A stretch of 64,000 bases of DNA from Mobula hypostoma (lineage: Eukaryota), in contig NC_086108.1 of the NCBI RefSeq assembly GCF_963921235.1, forward strand, positions 104,162,001 through 104,226,000, given 5' to 3'. This document shows positions 39,866 through 52,153 of the stretch, in pieces. A program made the translations under genes and the position numbers. The notes under the pieces are model-generated. The model was not told where the DNA came from. It made no database searches and saw only the letters and a program-made list of their open reading frames with translations. Every line of letters begins with the position of its first letter. The stretch's first letter is position 1.

Positions 39866-41488
39866 AAGACAAAGGAGCAGAAGTCGGCCATTCGGCCCAT
39901 CATGTCTGCTCTGCCATTTTATCATGAGCTGATCCATTCTCCCATTTGATGCACTGGAGGATAGAGGCTGATGACTCCATCTTTTCTGTGCCGGCCTCTG
40001 ATAGAGTTATACAGTTAATCCCATTCCCCTGCAATCCACTAATCGTTTCCATTGTGCGTGCATTTAGTTCGGAATTTGATTCCGGATTCTGAATTGAGAA
40101 TCAGCATCAGGTTTAATATCACTGGCATATGTTGTGGAATTTGATGTTGTGCTGGTGATTCAAAATTCAGAATCAGATTCAGATTCCATGTGTGCACAGT
40201 GAAATCTGTCATTTGCATTAACAACCAACACAGTCTAAGTCTGGGCTGGGGCAGCCAGTAAATGTTGCCACACATTCTAAAGAGAGCATGATACAACCGG
40301 GCTGACAAGGGAAGCCAAAGGCAACATAAAAGCCAAACAGAGGGCATATAATATAGCAAAAACTATTACAGGATTGGAAGCTTTTAAAAACCAACAGAAG
40401 GCACTAAAAAAGGCAGAAGAGGGGGAAATGATGAAATATGAGGGTAAGCTAACCAATAATATCAAATAGGATACCAAAAGTTTTTTTCCCCCCCGATATA
40501 TAAAGAGTAAAAGAGAGGCATGAGTAGATATCAGTGAGTAGATAAAATGACACTGGAAAGGTAGTAATGGGGGAAGCAAGGAAATAACGGACGAACTGAA
40601 TAAATATTTAGTGTTAGCCTTCACTGTGGTGTGTCTGAAATTCGAGTGGCAGGGACAGAAGTGACTGCAGTTGTTATTACTAGGGAGAAGGTGCTTGGGA
40701 AGCTGAAGGGTCTGGATCAGATGGCATACACCCTAGGGTTCTGAAGGAGGTAGCTGAAAAGATTGTGTTGGCATTAGTAATAATCTTGCAAGGATCAATC
40801 GATTCTGGTATGGAGCTGGCTGAGTTTACAACCCCTTTGTAGTTTTTTCTGATCCTGTGCATTGGCATCTCCACACCAGACAGTGGTACGACCAGTCAGG
40901 AGGCTTCACATAGAACATCTGTTAACATTTGCCAGTGTCTTGGTGACGTTACAAACTTCCTCAAACTCCTGATCTCACTTTTCTTAACTTCATCTTCCTG
41001 AAGTCCACAATCAATTCCTTGGTCTTCCTGATGTTGAGTGGAAGGTTGTTGTTGCAACAGAACTTGTCCAGCTGATCTATCTCACTCTGTATGCCTCTGC
41101 ATAACCGGCTGAGATTCAACCAACTACAGATACTTGAGCTGTGCCTACCCACACAGGCACGGGTGTAGAGAGAGTAGAGCAGTGGGCTAAGCACGCATCC
41201 TTGAGGTCCACCAGTGTTGATTCCAATCCGCACAGGCTGTAGTCTCCTGGTGAGGAAGTCGAGGATCCAGTTGCAGAGGGAGGTATAGAGGCCCAGGGTT
41301 TGGAGCTTGTTGATTAGTACTGATGGGATGACGGTGTTGGATGCTGAGCTGTTGTGCAGGGGATCCAAGACTCAGTGGGGAGCCAGCGAGATTGCATTCA
41401 TTGTTGGCCTATTGTGCCGAAAGGCAAATTGCAGTGGGTCTAGATCCTTGCTTAGGCAGAGGATGATTCTATAAGACCATAAGACAAA

Positions 41489-42142
41489 AAACACAAAATA
41501 ATCTGCAGATGCTGGGGTCAAAGCAACACTCACAACACGCTGGAGGAACTCAGCAGGTCAGGCAGCATCAGTGGAAAAGACCGATCGACGTTTCGGGCCG
41601 GAACCCTTCGTCAGGACTGTAGGGGGGAGGGGCAGAGGCCCTATAAAGAAGGTGGGGGGAGGGTGGGAAGGAGAAGGCTGGTAGGTTCCAGGTGAAAAAC
41701 CAGTAAGGGGTAAGATAAAAGGGTGGAGGAGGGGAAGCAGGGAGGTGATAGGCAGGAAAGGTGAAGAAGGAATAGGGGAAAACACAATGGGTAGTAGAAG
41801 GAGGCGGAACCATGAGGGAGGTGATAGGCGGCTGGGGGAGGGGGCAGAGTGACATAGGGATAGAGGAAGGGAGGGGGAGGGAATTACCAGAAGTTGGGGA
41901 ATTCTATGTTCATACCAAGGGGCTGGAGACTACCTAGACAGTATATGAGGTGTTGCTCCTCCAGCCTGAGTTTAGCCTCATCATGGCAGTAGAGGAGGCC
42001 ATGTATGGACATATCTGAATGGGAGTGGGAAGCAGAGTTGAAGTGGGTGGCTACCGGGAGATCCTGTCTGTTTTGGTGGATGGAGCGGAGGTGCTCGACG
42101 AAGTGGGGCGGACGGAGCGGAGGTGCTTGACGAAGCTCGACG
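41489..42142 (-). mobile_element. Penelope-like element 3' fragment (GIY-YIG endonuclease C-terminus plus hammerhead-bearing terminus)
   Basis: FVEHLRSI..LPVATHFN..RLEEQHLIYCLGSLQPLGMNIEF. Hammerhead at 41582-41619. Flanking repeat aagaccataagacaaa at 41473-41488 and 42143-42158. Confidence 0.9.
41582..41619 (-). ncRNA. Minimal hammerhead ribozyme motif (variant subfamily)
   Basis: Minus strand reads CAGUC-CUGACGA-aGGG(uuccgg)CCC-GAAA-CG-UC/GAUCG. The core is intact; stem II is GGG:CCC rather than AGG:CCU. Confidence 0.65.
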
Positions 42143-42880
42143 AAGACCATAAGACAAAGGAGCAGAAGTTGGCCATTTGGCCCATCGAGTCTGCTCCGCC
42201 ATTTTATCATGAGTTGATCCATTCTCCCATTTACTCCCACTCTCCCGCCTTCTCACCATAACCTTTGATGCCCTTCTCACCATAACCTATCAATCTCTGC
42301 CTTAAGTACACCCAATGACTTGGCCTCCACTGCTGCCCGTGGCAACAAATTCCACAGATTTACCACCCTCTGACTAAAACAATTTCTTCGCATTTCTGTC
42401 CTGAATGGGCGCCCTTCAATCCTTAAGTCATGCCCTCTCGTACTAGACTCCCCCATCATGGGAAACAACTTTGCCACATCCACTCTGTCCATGCCTTTCA
42501 ACACTCAAAATGTTTCTATGAGGTCTCCCCTCATTCTTCCAACCTCCAAGGAATACAGTCCAAGAGCGGACAAACGTTCCTCATATGTTAACCCTCTCAT
42601 TCCTGGAATCATTCTAGTGAATCTTCTCTGTACCCTCTCCAATGTCAGCACATCCTTTCTTAAATAAGGAGACCAAAACTGCCCACAGTACTCCAAGTGA
42701 GGTCTCACCAGTGCCTTATAGAGCCTCAACATCACATCCCTGCTCCTATACTCTATTCCTCTAGAAATGAATGCCAACATTGCATTCGCCTTCTTCACCA
42801 CCGACTCAACCTGGAGGTTAACCTTAAGGGTATCCTGTACGAGGACTCCCAAGTCCCGTTGCATCTCAGAACTTTGAATT
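42143..42880 (-). mobile_element. Young CR1 LINE 3' end
   Basis: Near-identical reverse complement of ~51412-52153, with a ggtcttat-type tail. Confidence 0.92.
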
Positions 42881-44222
42881 CTAGCCATGACCAACCTCTG
42901 AAAGCACTTTGTCACAGTAGATGAGAGTGTAACTGGGTGGTAGTCATTGAGGCAGCTCACCCTCTCTTCTTGGGCACCGGGTGGGAACCTCCAACTCTAG
43001 CAGTGAGTGCTTGAACACTCCCCACAGTTGGATGGCACAAGTTTTCAGAGCCCTACCAGGTTCACCATCAGCTCAGGTCACCCCATTATATGAAGGATGC
43101 TGAGGTTTTGGAGAGTTTGCAGAAGAGGTTTACCAGGATGTTGCTAGGATTAGAGGTCATGTGCTACAATGAGAGGTTGGACAAATTCGGTTTGTTTTCT
43201 CTGGAGTGGCAGAGACTGAGGGGCGATCTGATCAAGGTTTATAAGATTATGACAGGCACAGACAGAGTAGGCAGACAGTTGCTTTATCCCAGGGTTAAAA
43301 TGTCTAATACCAGAGGGCATGTACTTATGGTGCATGGGGGTCATTTCAAAGGAGATGTGACGGACAAGTTTTTTTACACAAAGTGGTGGTAGCCTGGAAT
43401 GTATTCCCTGGGGCAGTGGTAGAGGCAGATACATTACTTTTAGGAGACGTTTAGCTAGGCATGTTTAGATGAATGTGAGGAAAATGGAAGGATATGGACA
43501 TCCTGTAGGCAGAAGAAGTGGCTTGTTGGAATTTATTAGGCTTGATTACTAACTTAATTGGTTCGGCACAACATTGTGAGCCAAAGGGCGTGTGCCTGTG
43601 TTTTATATTCCATTTTCTATGTGTGTAAAAGGTGTTTAGCTCTCCTGGGAGCAACACATCACAACCTTTTATGATGTTAGGTTTTGCTTTGTGGGAAGTA
43701 ATGGCCAGCAAGCCCTGCTACAACATCTGATTCCATCTTAAGCTTCACTTAGAATCATATTTTGCTCATAAGGTAGCCTTCTGTAGGTCGTACTGGGCCT
43801 CTTGTAGAGTTCTGGATCACCAGTCTTGAATACCACAGATTTAGCCCTCAGCAGACCATGAATTTGATGTAGTAGTAATCGGAAGCAGGCGTCTGTCTCC
43901 CTGCAGCGCATTATTCTTCGCATTCTCAATTTTGGAGCTTGCCAACAATATCTCTTTCTCTGTAAGCCAGTCATAATTTGGCATTTGTCTATAGGAATGT
44001 AATAGCTTTTAAAGTATACTTAATATCCAAGGTTTCTATGTTTTGGTAAATATTTTGTTGGATGGAAGAATTTGAAAGGCAATTAGTGGTGGCTGGCATA
44101 CATTGAGATGGAAATGATTGCAGTGAGGTCAAGTTTACGTGACTTCCAGTCCAGTGGAATGCACTGGGAGCAGATCAAGTAGAAGAATCACTTTGGACCC
44201 TGACTATTTACGGGAACTTCAT

Positions 44223-44482
44223 GGCATCTCGGTGGTATAACAGTGAACGTAATGCTATTACAGCACCATCGACCCGAATTTAATCCCACTGCTGTCTACT
44301 TATTATGCTCAGTCCATCTTTGTAACAGTTCTCCCCATGACTGCATGGGTCTCCCACTGGGTGCCCTGGCTTCCTCCCACATTCTAAAGACGTACGGGTT
44401 AATAGGTTAATTGGTCACTTGGGTGTAATTGGGTGATGCAGGCTCGTTGGGCTGGAAGGGACCATTACAATGCTGGGTTTCT
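44223..44482 (+). mobile_element. tRNA-derived V-SINE-like element; more decayed relatives at ~4125-4410, 13625-13805, 14940-15120, 52766-52960 and 59525-59730
   Basis: Degenerate tRNA-like head, then the ttctccccatgactgcatggg...ttcctcccaca V-domain-like core, then a CR1-like 3' end. Confidence 0.65.
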
Positions 44483-44494
44483 TAATATGTAGAT

Positions 44495-46225
44495 AGTCCA
44501 CCAAGAGGAACGGCTGTACTGGACCTGGTGTTGGGTAATGAGTCTGGCCAGGTTACTGACCTTTCAGTTGGTGAGCCAATATGAAACAGTGATCACAGCT
44601 CCTTAAATTTTATGATAGCTGTAGATAAAGATAATTATGGTCCTTGCTAGAGAGGTAGTATGCTTATGCTAGGGCAATTCGGGGTAAAAGAGGAGGTAGT
44701 GTTGGCTCTCTTATAGAGCTCCAAGGTTGATAAATCCTTAGGGCTTGATTGGATATACCCCCGGTTATTGAGAGAGATGTGAGATTCCTGGGGCCTTTGT
44801 GTCCCCTCTAGCCTCAGGCAAGGTCCCAGAGGACTGGCTAGTAGCTAATGTTCTATCCTTTAAGAAGGGAACCAGGGATAGTCCTGGAAACTATAGACTG
44901 GTGAGTCTCACGCCAATAGTCGGAAAGTTACTGGAGAGAATTCTTAAGGACAGGATTTATGAGCATTTGGAAAATTATGACCTAATTTGGGCGAACCAAC
45001 ATGGCTTTATGAGGGGCAAGTCGTGTCCTACTAACTTGACTGAATTTTTTGACGAGGTGACAAGGGTGATGGATGAAGGTAGAGTTGTGGATGTTCTTTG
45101 CATGGATTTTAGTGAGATGCTTGATAAGGTCCCCCATGGGAGACTCATTCAGGAGATTAAGATGCATGGGATCCATGATGAATTGCCTGTTTGGCTTCAG
45201 AACTGATTTGTCGATAGAAGATGGAGGGTAGTGGTCAAAGAGACTATTCTAGCTAGAGTTCTGTTACTAGTGGTGTCCTATACTGGGACTTCTGCTGTAA
45301 ATGAAAATGTATTTGGATGGGTTATTAAGTTTGCAGATGATATGAAGATTGGTGGTCTTGTGGATAGCATAGAAGACTGGCAAAACTGGATATAGATACA
45401 GCGGGATATTGATCAGTTGCAGATATGGGCAGAGAAATGGCAGCTGGAGTTTAACCTGGCCAAATGTGAAGTGTTGCACTTTGGTAGGTCAAATGTAAAG
45501 AGACAGTACACTGTTTAGGGCAAGACCCTAACAGTGTTGATAAGCAGAGAGATCTTAGGGTCCAAGCTCCTTGAAAGGGCTACACAAGTTGAAAGGGTGG
45601 TTAAGAAGGCACATGGCATGCTTGCCTTTATTAGTTGAGGAACTGAGTTCAGAAGTCAGAAAGTTATGTTGCAGCTTTATAAAACTCTAGTTAGGCTGCA
45701 TCAGGAGTATTGCATAAAGTTCTGGTCGCCCTATTATAGGAAGGATGTGGAGGCTTTAGAGAGCGCACAGAAGAGTTTACCAAGGTGCTGCCTGGATTAG
45801 AGGGTATGTGCTATAACGATAGGTTGGACATACTTGCGTTGTTTTCTGTAGAGCACCAGAAGCTGAGGGGAGATCTGATAGAGGTTTATAAGATTATGAG
45901 AGGCATAGATAGAGTCGACAGACAGTATCTTTTCCCAAGGTTGAAATATCTAACACCAGAGGGCATGTTTTCAAGATGAAAGAGGGTAATTTCAAAGGAG
46001 ATGTGAGGGGCTAGTATTTTACACAGAGAGTGTTGGTGGGTGATTGGGGTGATGAAAGAGGCAGAAATATTAGAAAATTTTGAGAGTTGTTTTGATAGGC
46101 ACATAAATGTGAGGGAAATGGAAGTATACGGACATGTTGTAGGCAGAGGGGATTATTTAGATTGGCCATTTGATTGCTAATTTAATTGGTTCAGCACAAC
46201 ATTGTGCCCCTGCACTGTACTGTTC
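44495..46225 (+). mobile_element. Decayed CR1 LINE ORF2 (RT)
   Basis: VPEDWLVANV..NYRLVSLT..QHGFMRGKSC, KFADD and RGDLIEVYKIMRG. Confidence 0.88.
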
Positions 46226-46618
46226 CTCCAGGATTTTGAATGTGTTACAATAAATAAGATAACCTGGGATAGGCCATTGTCTCGGGCTTGAGGCACACTC
46301 AGTACATTTTGGGTTCTCAAACTTACTGATGTGCTTGGAGGCATGCAGACATTGCCTGGCAACTAAACAGTAAAAGGGACTGGATGGGATAGTCCTGCTG
46401 TCTTCTGGTACATCCAGGGATTGAGCTAGTTGGGGCCAAGACAATCACGAGGCAGGCGTTGATTGGGAGAACTGAGTAATTTAGTCAGTTTGTGGAATGA
46501 CCTCAGTCTGCTGAGAGACTGGAACAGGGAAAAGTATAACACAGGAAAAGGGCCCACATTGACTGTGCTGATCACAATGCCAAATTAAGTAACTTCTGCC
46601 TGCATAGTCATGTATATA

Positions 46619-47134
46619 CACTTTGTGACCACTTTATAAGGTACTCGTTAATGCAAATATTCAATCATTCAATCATGTGGCAGCAACTCATTGCATAAAG
46701 TATGCAAACATGGTCAAGAGGTTCAGTTATTCAGACCAAACATTGGAATGGGGAAGAAATGTGATCTAAGTGACTTTGACTGTGGAATGATCATTGGTGC
46801 CAGATGGGGTGGTTTGAGTATCTCCGAAATTGCTGATCTCCTGGAGTTTTCACACACAAGTCTTTAGAGTTTACAGAGAATGGTGCGAGAAACAAAACAA
46901 AACATCCAGTGAGTGGCAGTTTTGTGGGTGGAATTGTTAATGAGGAAGGTCAGAGGAGAATGGCCAGACCGGTTCAAGCTGACAGGATGGTGACAGTAAC
47001 TCAAATAACCACGTGTCTGAATGCACAATACGTCAGACGTTGGAGTGCATGGGCTACAGCAGCAGACCAGGAACATGTACTCTGTGGTCACTTTATTAGG
47101 TGCAGGGGGTACCAAATAAAATGGCAAATGAGCG
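46619..47134. mobile_element. Tc1-derived non-autonomous element (same family as 5119-5588)
   Basis: Shared internal sequence (aatcatgtggcagcaactcaatgc..., gagaggtcagaggagaatggcc) and degenerate TIRs. Confidence 0.72.
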
Positions 47135-47970
47135 TATCTTAAGTGGCTGTGTTGTGCATGCTTCCACTACTACCGCTGGCAGCCGGTTCCAGGCACCACC
47201 CCTCTCTGTGTGAGTGACTCCTGCGCCTAATAAAGTGGCCACTGAGTTCATGTTCATGGTCCTCTGCTCTGTCATTCTATCACGTTCACCAAAACATAGA
47301 GTGAAATGGTGTAAATGTGTTGTTACTGACTTGATGGGTCATGTTTGCAAATACACGTACAGGAGTCATTACGCACATGCCATAGAGTCCTAGAGCACTA
47401 CAACACAGAAACAGACCCTTCGGCCCATCTAGTTTGTGCCAAACTAGTCATTTGCCTATACTCATCCACTTACACCTAGGCCATAAATCTCGATACTTCT
47501 TTCATCTACGTACCTATCCAAACTTCTCTTAAATGCTACAATTGAACCCACATCTTCCACTTCTGGTGGCAGTTCGTTCCCCAGGCTCACCATCCTCTGA
47601 GTGAAGAAGTTCCTCTTCAGAGTCCCCTGAAATATTTCACCTTTCACCCTTAACCTATAACCTGCAGTTCTAGTCGCACCCAAGCTGAGGGGAAAATGAC
47701 TGCTTTTTCACTCACTGTTTTTCGAAAGTCCACTTCATTCTTTTGGCCCTCGATGGCTCTCCTTTTGAATGGAGGTGAAACACTGCAGGGATCAGCGTTA
47801 AATTTCAAGATTCAAGATTCAAGATTGTTTAATGGCATTTCCACTATGCAAGTGTTAAGGAGAAAAAAACAATTGTTACTTTGGGTCCACTGCAGTACAA
47901 AAAATAATAAGAGAGAGAACACAATAAAAAAAAAACAATAAATATAAATACATAAGATAGAATTAATGTC

Positions 47971-48455
47971 CGAGGGGTGATTGATAAGTTCGTGGGCCAA
48001 GGTAGAAGGAGTCAATTTTAGAAAACCTAGCACATTTATTTTTCAACATAGTCCCTCCTACATGTACACACTTAGTCCAGCGGTCGTGGAGCATACGGAT
48101 CCCTTCTTTGTAGAAGTGGTCCACAGCAGGGGTGATTGATAAGTTCGTGGCCTAATGTAGAAGGAGATGAGTTGTACAGCTCTCGTTACGTGCACGTGCA
48201 GTTCAACTCTTTGTGTGAAAATGCAGAAAGTTTGAAGTTAATAACTCATCTCCTTCTACCTTAGGCCACAAACTTATCAATCACCCCTGCTGTGGACCAC
48301 TTCTGGAGGTTCAAGATGCCGACTTCTACAAAGAAGGGATCCGTATGCTCCACGACTGCTGGACTAAGTGTGTAAATGTAGGAAAAACAAATGTGCTAGG
48401 TTTTCTAAAATTGGCTCCTTTTACCTTAGGCCATGAAGTTATCAATCACCTCTTG
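47971..48455. mobile_element. Mariner-derived MITE with ~200 bp inverted arms and four copies of the TIR motif
   Basis: Motif aggggtgattgataagttcgtggcc..aaggtagaaggag at 47971 and 48128 (+) and at ~48250-48288 and ~48414-48455 (-). Includes mariner C-terminal peptide DFYKEGIRMLHDCWTKCV. TA follows the right end. Confidence 0.85.
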
Positions 48456-48534
48456 TATGTATATAAGCTATGTCCTTAAAGTGACGTTTGGCTGAGGAGT
48501 GTCTGTACATAAGGTGATTGCCAGGAAATCCCTA

Positions 48535-51500
48535 TACAGCGGGCAGCGGAGTGGGTGGTAGCAGAGTGTAGGGCTTTGGCTTCAACGAGTTTCGGCGGTA
48601 ACGGGAAGAGGCGAGAGCGAGGCACCAACTCTTTTTTTTTCCCCTTGGCGAATCGGCCCGGACAGACAGGAACAGCGGGGCTCACATAGCTAACAGTACG
48701 AGCTAATGGTTTAAAAAGTTCGTTTGTTTGGTGAGGTAAGTGGGTGAGTAGACTTATTTTTCCTGTTTCATTCCTGTAGAATTAGATAGCATGCCTGCAG
48801 GGTTAGTGCTTTGTTCAGGGTGTCAGATGTGGGAATCTGGGAGACCTCCAGCTTCCCTGTTGGCCACATCTGCACCAGGTGCACCGAGATGCAGCTCCTC
48901 AGAGACCGTGTTAGGGATCTGGAGCTGCAGCTTGATGACCTACTGCTTATTAGGGAAAGTGAAGAGGTGATAGACAGGAGCTACAGGGAGTTAGTCATCC
49001 CTGGGCTACAGGGGTCAGAAAACTGGGTGACTGTCAGGAGAGGGAAGAGAAATGCCCGGATAGTAGAGAGCACATCTGTGGCTGTTCCCCTCAGCAACAA
49101 GTATCTTGTTCTGGATGCTGTTGAGGGGGATGACCTGACAGGGGATGCCCACGGTGACCGGGTCCCTGGCACTGTTGTGCAGGAGGGAAGGAGGGAGAAG
49201 AGGAATGTGGTAGTCATAGGGGATTCCATAGTCAGGGGAACAGACAGGAGATTCTGTGAGCCTGATAGAGATACCCGCATGGTGTGTTGCCTCCCAGGTG
49301 CCAGGGTACAGGATGTCTCGGATTGGGTCCAGAATATCCTGAAGGGAGAGGGGGAGCAGCCAGTTGTCTTGGTACATGTTGGTACCAATGACATAGACAG
49401 GGGAAGAGAGGAGGTCCTGAAGAGAGATTTCCAGGAGTTAGGAAGGAAGCTGAGAAGCAGGACCTCCAGGGTAGTAATCTTAGGATTGCTACCTGTGCCA
49501 CGTGCTAGCGAGGGCAAGAATAGTAGGATCAGGCAGATGAATGTGTGGCTGAGAGACTGGTGCAGGGGGCAGGGCTTCAGATTCCTGGATCATTGGGATC
49601 TCTTCTGGGGGAAGTATGACCTGTTCAAAATGGACGGGTTACTCCTGAACCCGAAGGGGACCAATATCTGGGCGGGGAGGTTTAATAGAGCTGTTAGGGA
49701 GGGTTTCAACTAATTTGGCAGGGGGATGGGAACCTGAACGATAGAGCGGAGGAAGGGGAAAACAGAAATAAATCTAAGATAGTGAGCAATAAAGAGCAGG
49801 AAGGACAGGCAGGTGATGGGGTAAATTTGCAGCCATTGGGATGAGTTGCAATGCAATAAAGTTGCAGTGCAATCAAAGCAAAAAGTACCAAATACTGGTC
49901 TTAATCTGTTATACTTAAATGCATGCAGCATAAGGAATAAGGTGGATGATCTTGTCAGACGGTTACAGATTTGGCAGGTATGATATTGTGGCCATCACTG
50001 AGATGTGGCTAAAGGATGCATGTCTCTGGGAGCTGAACGTCCAAGGATACACGGTGTATCGGAAGGATAGGCAGGTAGGCAGAGGGGGTGGCGTGGCTTT
50101 ATTGGTAAGAAATGATATTAAATCATTAGAAAGAGGTGATATAGGATCGGAAGGTGCAGAATCTTTATGGGTTGAGCGAAGGAATAGCAGGGGTAAAAGA
50201 GACCCTGATGGCAGTTATTTATAGGCCTCCAAACAGCTGCAGGGATGTGGACTACATATTACAACAGGAAATAGAAAAGGCTTGTCAGATGGGCAGTGTT
50301 ATGATAATTGTGAGGGATTTTAACATGCGAGTAGATTGGGAAAATCAGGTCGGCACTGGATCTCAAGAGAGAGAATTTGTAGAATGTCTGCGAGATGGCT
50401 TTTTAGAACAGCTTGTTGTTGAGCCCACTAGGGGATCGGCTGTACTGGATTGGGTATTGTGTAATGAACCAGAGGTGATTAGAGAGATTGAGGTGAAGGA
50501 AACCTTAGGAGGCAGTGATCATAACATGATTGAGTTCACTGTGAAATTTGACAAAGAGAAGCCGAAATCTGATGTGTCGGTATTTCAGTGGAGTAAAGAA
50601 AATTACAGTGGCATGAGAGAGGAACTGGCCAAAGTTGACTGGAAAGGGACACTGGTGGGAAGGACGGCAGAACAGCAGTGGCTGGAGTTTATGCGAGAAG
50701 TGAGGAAGGTGCAAGAGAGATGTATTGCCCTCTCCTTTGCTTTAATTTTGACTTTGACTTCTCTTGTCAGCCATGGTTGCATCCTTTTTCCATTTGAAAA
50801 TTTCTTCTCTTTTGGAATATATATACCTGGAGGCATTATGACAAGATAGGCAGAACTCAGCATGGTTTCCTTAAAGGAAAATCCTGCCTGACAAACCTAT
50901 TACAATTTTTTGAGGAAATTACAAGTAGGCTAGACAAGGGAGATGCAGTGGATGTTGTATATTTGGATTTTCAGAAGGCTTTTGACAAGGTGCCACACAT
51001 GAGGCTGCTTAACAAGATAAGAGCCCATGGAATTACGGGAAAGTTACATATGTGGATAGAGCATTGGCTGATTAGCAGGAAACAAAGAATGGGAATAAAG
51101 GGATCCTATTCTGGTTTGTGCCGGTTACCAGTGGTTTTCCACAGGGGTCCGTGTTGGGGCCGCTTCTTTTTATGTTGTACATCAATGATTTGGATTATGG
51201 AATAGATGGCTTTGTGGCTAAGCTTGCTGATGATACAAAGATAGGTGGAGGGACCGGTAGTGCTGAGGAAACAGAGAGTCTGCAGAGAGACTTGGATTAT
51301 TGGATGAATGGGCAAAGAAGTGGCAAATGAAATACAATGTTGGAAAGTGTATGGTTATGCACTTTGGCAGAAGAAATAAATGGGCAGACTATTCTTTAAA
51401 TGGGGAGAGAATTCAAAGTTCTGATATGCAACGGGACTTGGGAGTCCTCGTGCAGGATACCCCTAAGGTTAACCTCCAGGTTGAGTCGGTGGTGAAGAAG

Positions 51501-52153
51501 GCGAATGCAATGTTGGCATTCATTTCTAGAGGAATAGAGTATAGGAGCAGGGATGTGATGTTGAGGCTCTATAAGGCACTGGTGAGACCTCACTTGGAGT
51601 ACTGTGGGCAGTTTTGGTCTCCTTATTTAAGAAAGGATGTGCTGACGTTGGAGAGGGTACAAAGAAGATTCACTAGAATGATTCCGGGAATGAGAGGGTT
51701 AACATATGAGGAACGTTTGTCCGCTCTTGGACTGTATTCCTTGGAGTTTAGGAGAATGAGGAGGGACCACATAGAAACATTTTGAATGTTGAAAGGCATG
51801 GACAGAGTGGATGTGGCAAAGTTGTTTCCCATGATGGGGGAGTCTAGTACGAGACGGTATGTCTTAAGGATTGAAGGGCGCCCATTCAGAACAGAGATGC
51901 AAAGAAATTTTTTTAGCCAGAAGGTGGTGAATCTATGGAATTTGTTGCCACGGGTGGCAGTGGAGGCCAAGTCATTGGGTGTATTTAAGGCAGAGATTGA
52001 TAGGTATCTGAGTAGCTAGGGCATCAAAGGTTATGGTGAGAAGGCGTGAGAGTGGGACTAAATGGGAGAATGGATCAGCTCATGATAAAATGGCAGAGCA
52101 GACTCGATGGGCCGAATGGCTGAATTCTGCTCCTTTGTCTTACGGTCTTATGG
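48535..52153 (+). mobile_element. Near full-length CR1 LINE: 5' UTR, ORF1 (CxxC..CxxC finger plus SGNH esterase), ORF2 (APE, RT); disrupted
   Basis: ATG at 48791 gives MPAGLVLCSGCQMW, frameshifting into ORF 48811-49713 (ICTRC, VIGDSIVR, HVGTND). APE YRPP..SDH. RT DFQKAFDKVPH, PQGSVLGP, ADDTK. Tail tcttacggtcttatgg. Confidence 0.95.

Larger units (their letters stand above)
40820..43075 (-). mobile_element. Rex1/Babar-like LINE fragment, split by a CR1 insertion that itself carries a Penelope insertion
   Basis: LNDYHPVTLSSTVTKCFQRLVMARI (42880-42960) continues left of 41471 into [27 protein letters not shown]. Confidence 0.8.

Noticed and set aside
48811..49713. Host SGNH/GDSL esterase gene
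   Set aside because: It is ORF1 of a CR1 LINE, directly followed by APE/RT, frameshifted at its start and repeated in other copies.
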